Source: a virus
DNA: 64,000 nucleotides
IMG/VR virus record: IMGVR_UViG_3300037130_000236
Strand: one strand, 5' to 3'
Part shown: positions 63,826 through 64,000 of the stretch, piece after piece
Layout: every line of letters begins with the position of its first letter
How positions within the stretch are numbered: position 1 is the first letter of the stretch
Notes under the pieces: generated by a model
What the model was told of the DNA's origin: nothing
The model's database searches: none
The model's input: the letters and a program-made list of their open reading frames with translations, nothing else
Translations under genes and position numbers: made by a program

Positions 63826-64000
63826 ATGAACATTTCATTCAAGTCCCTCGGACACGCCTTCGCCACCGCATTCAAATGGGTGGCCAACAATGCGCCCGCC
63901 GACATTGCCAAGATCGAAGCCACCAAGACCGTTGTGGATGAGGTTCTTCCCGAAGTCCCGACATACGGTGGGGTTGCAACCTCTCTGGCCGATCTCGGCT
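63826..64000 (+). CDS. Hypothetical protein, runs off the right edge
   Basis: AGGAG RBS; MNISFKSLGHAFATAF... Confidence 0.6.
   Translation, partial: MNISFKSLGHAFATAFKWVANNAPADIAKIEATKTVVDEVLPEVPTYGGVATSLADLG

Larger units (their letters stand above)
1..64000. mobile_element. Segment of a large tailed phage/prophage genome
   Basis: Terminase-portal-protease-capsid-lysis order on + strand from 48 kb; dense small hypothetical genes, tRNA-like genes, HNH nucleases and an RNA polymerase on - strand; no host housekeeping operons. Confidence 0.92.

Noticed and set aside
1-64000. CRISPR array, DGR, integrase/att site, rRNA
   Set aside because: No regularly spaced repeat-spacer units, reverse transcriptase, recombinase or rRNA-like sequence seen

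Overview
The window looks like a 64 kb segment of a large tailed dsDNA phage or prophage. No integrase or att site is visible, so its state is undetermined. An Acidobacteria-like soil host is a weak inference from its accessory genes. Layout: (i) 1-31.8 kb, a leftward block of early/accessory genes with a cluster of abnormal tRNA-like genes, a SPOUT RNA methyltransferase, NADAR, SLOG and macro-like proteins, a nuclease, thioredoxin, a DNA ligase with a rearranged LigD phosphoesterase-like region, two HNH endonucleases, an IS4 insertion and a ~1017 aa single-subunit two-barrel (YonO/RdRP-like) RNA polymerase; (ii) 32-36 kb, small rightward genes including groES; (iii) 36-38.6 kb, a PAS-GGDEF gene and an AT-rich palindrome cluster; (iv) 38.7-64 kb, a rightward late region with phosphatases, glycine-zipper proteins, terminase, portal, prohead protease, a decoration-like protein, major capsid, an Ig-like protein and a lysis cassette. 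Most interesting signals: two CCA-ending tRNA-like RNAs with 59-66 nt branched variable arms and C instead of U at position 33, plus a tRNA-Trp with a long variable arm, next to a candidate large ncRNA and an RNA methyltransferase; an RNA polymerase with a DxDD-type catalytic loop together with a four-copy CCTATACTAG candidate late promoter. All protein family calls come from motif recognition by eye and all RNA structures from manual pairing; no searches were run.
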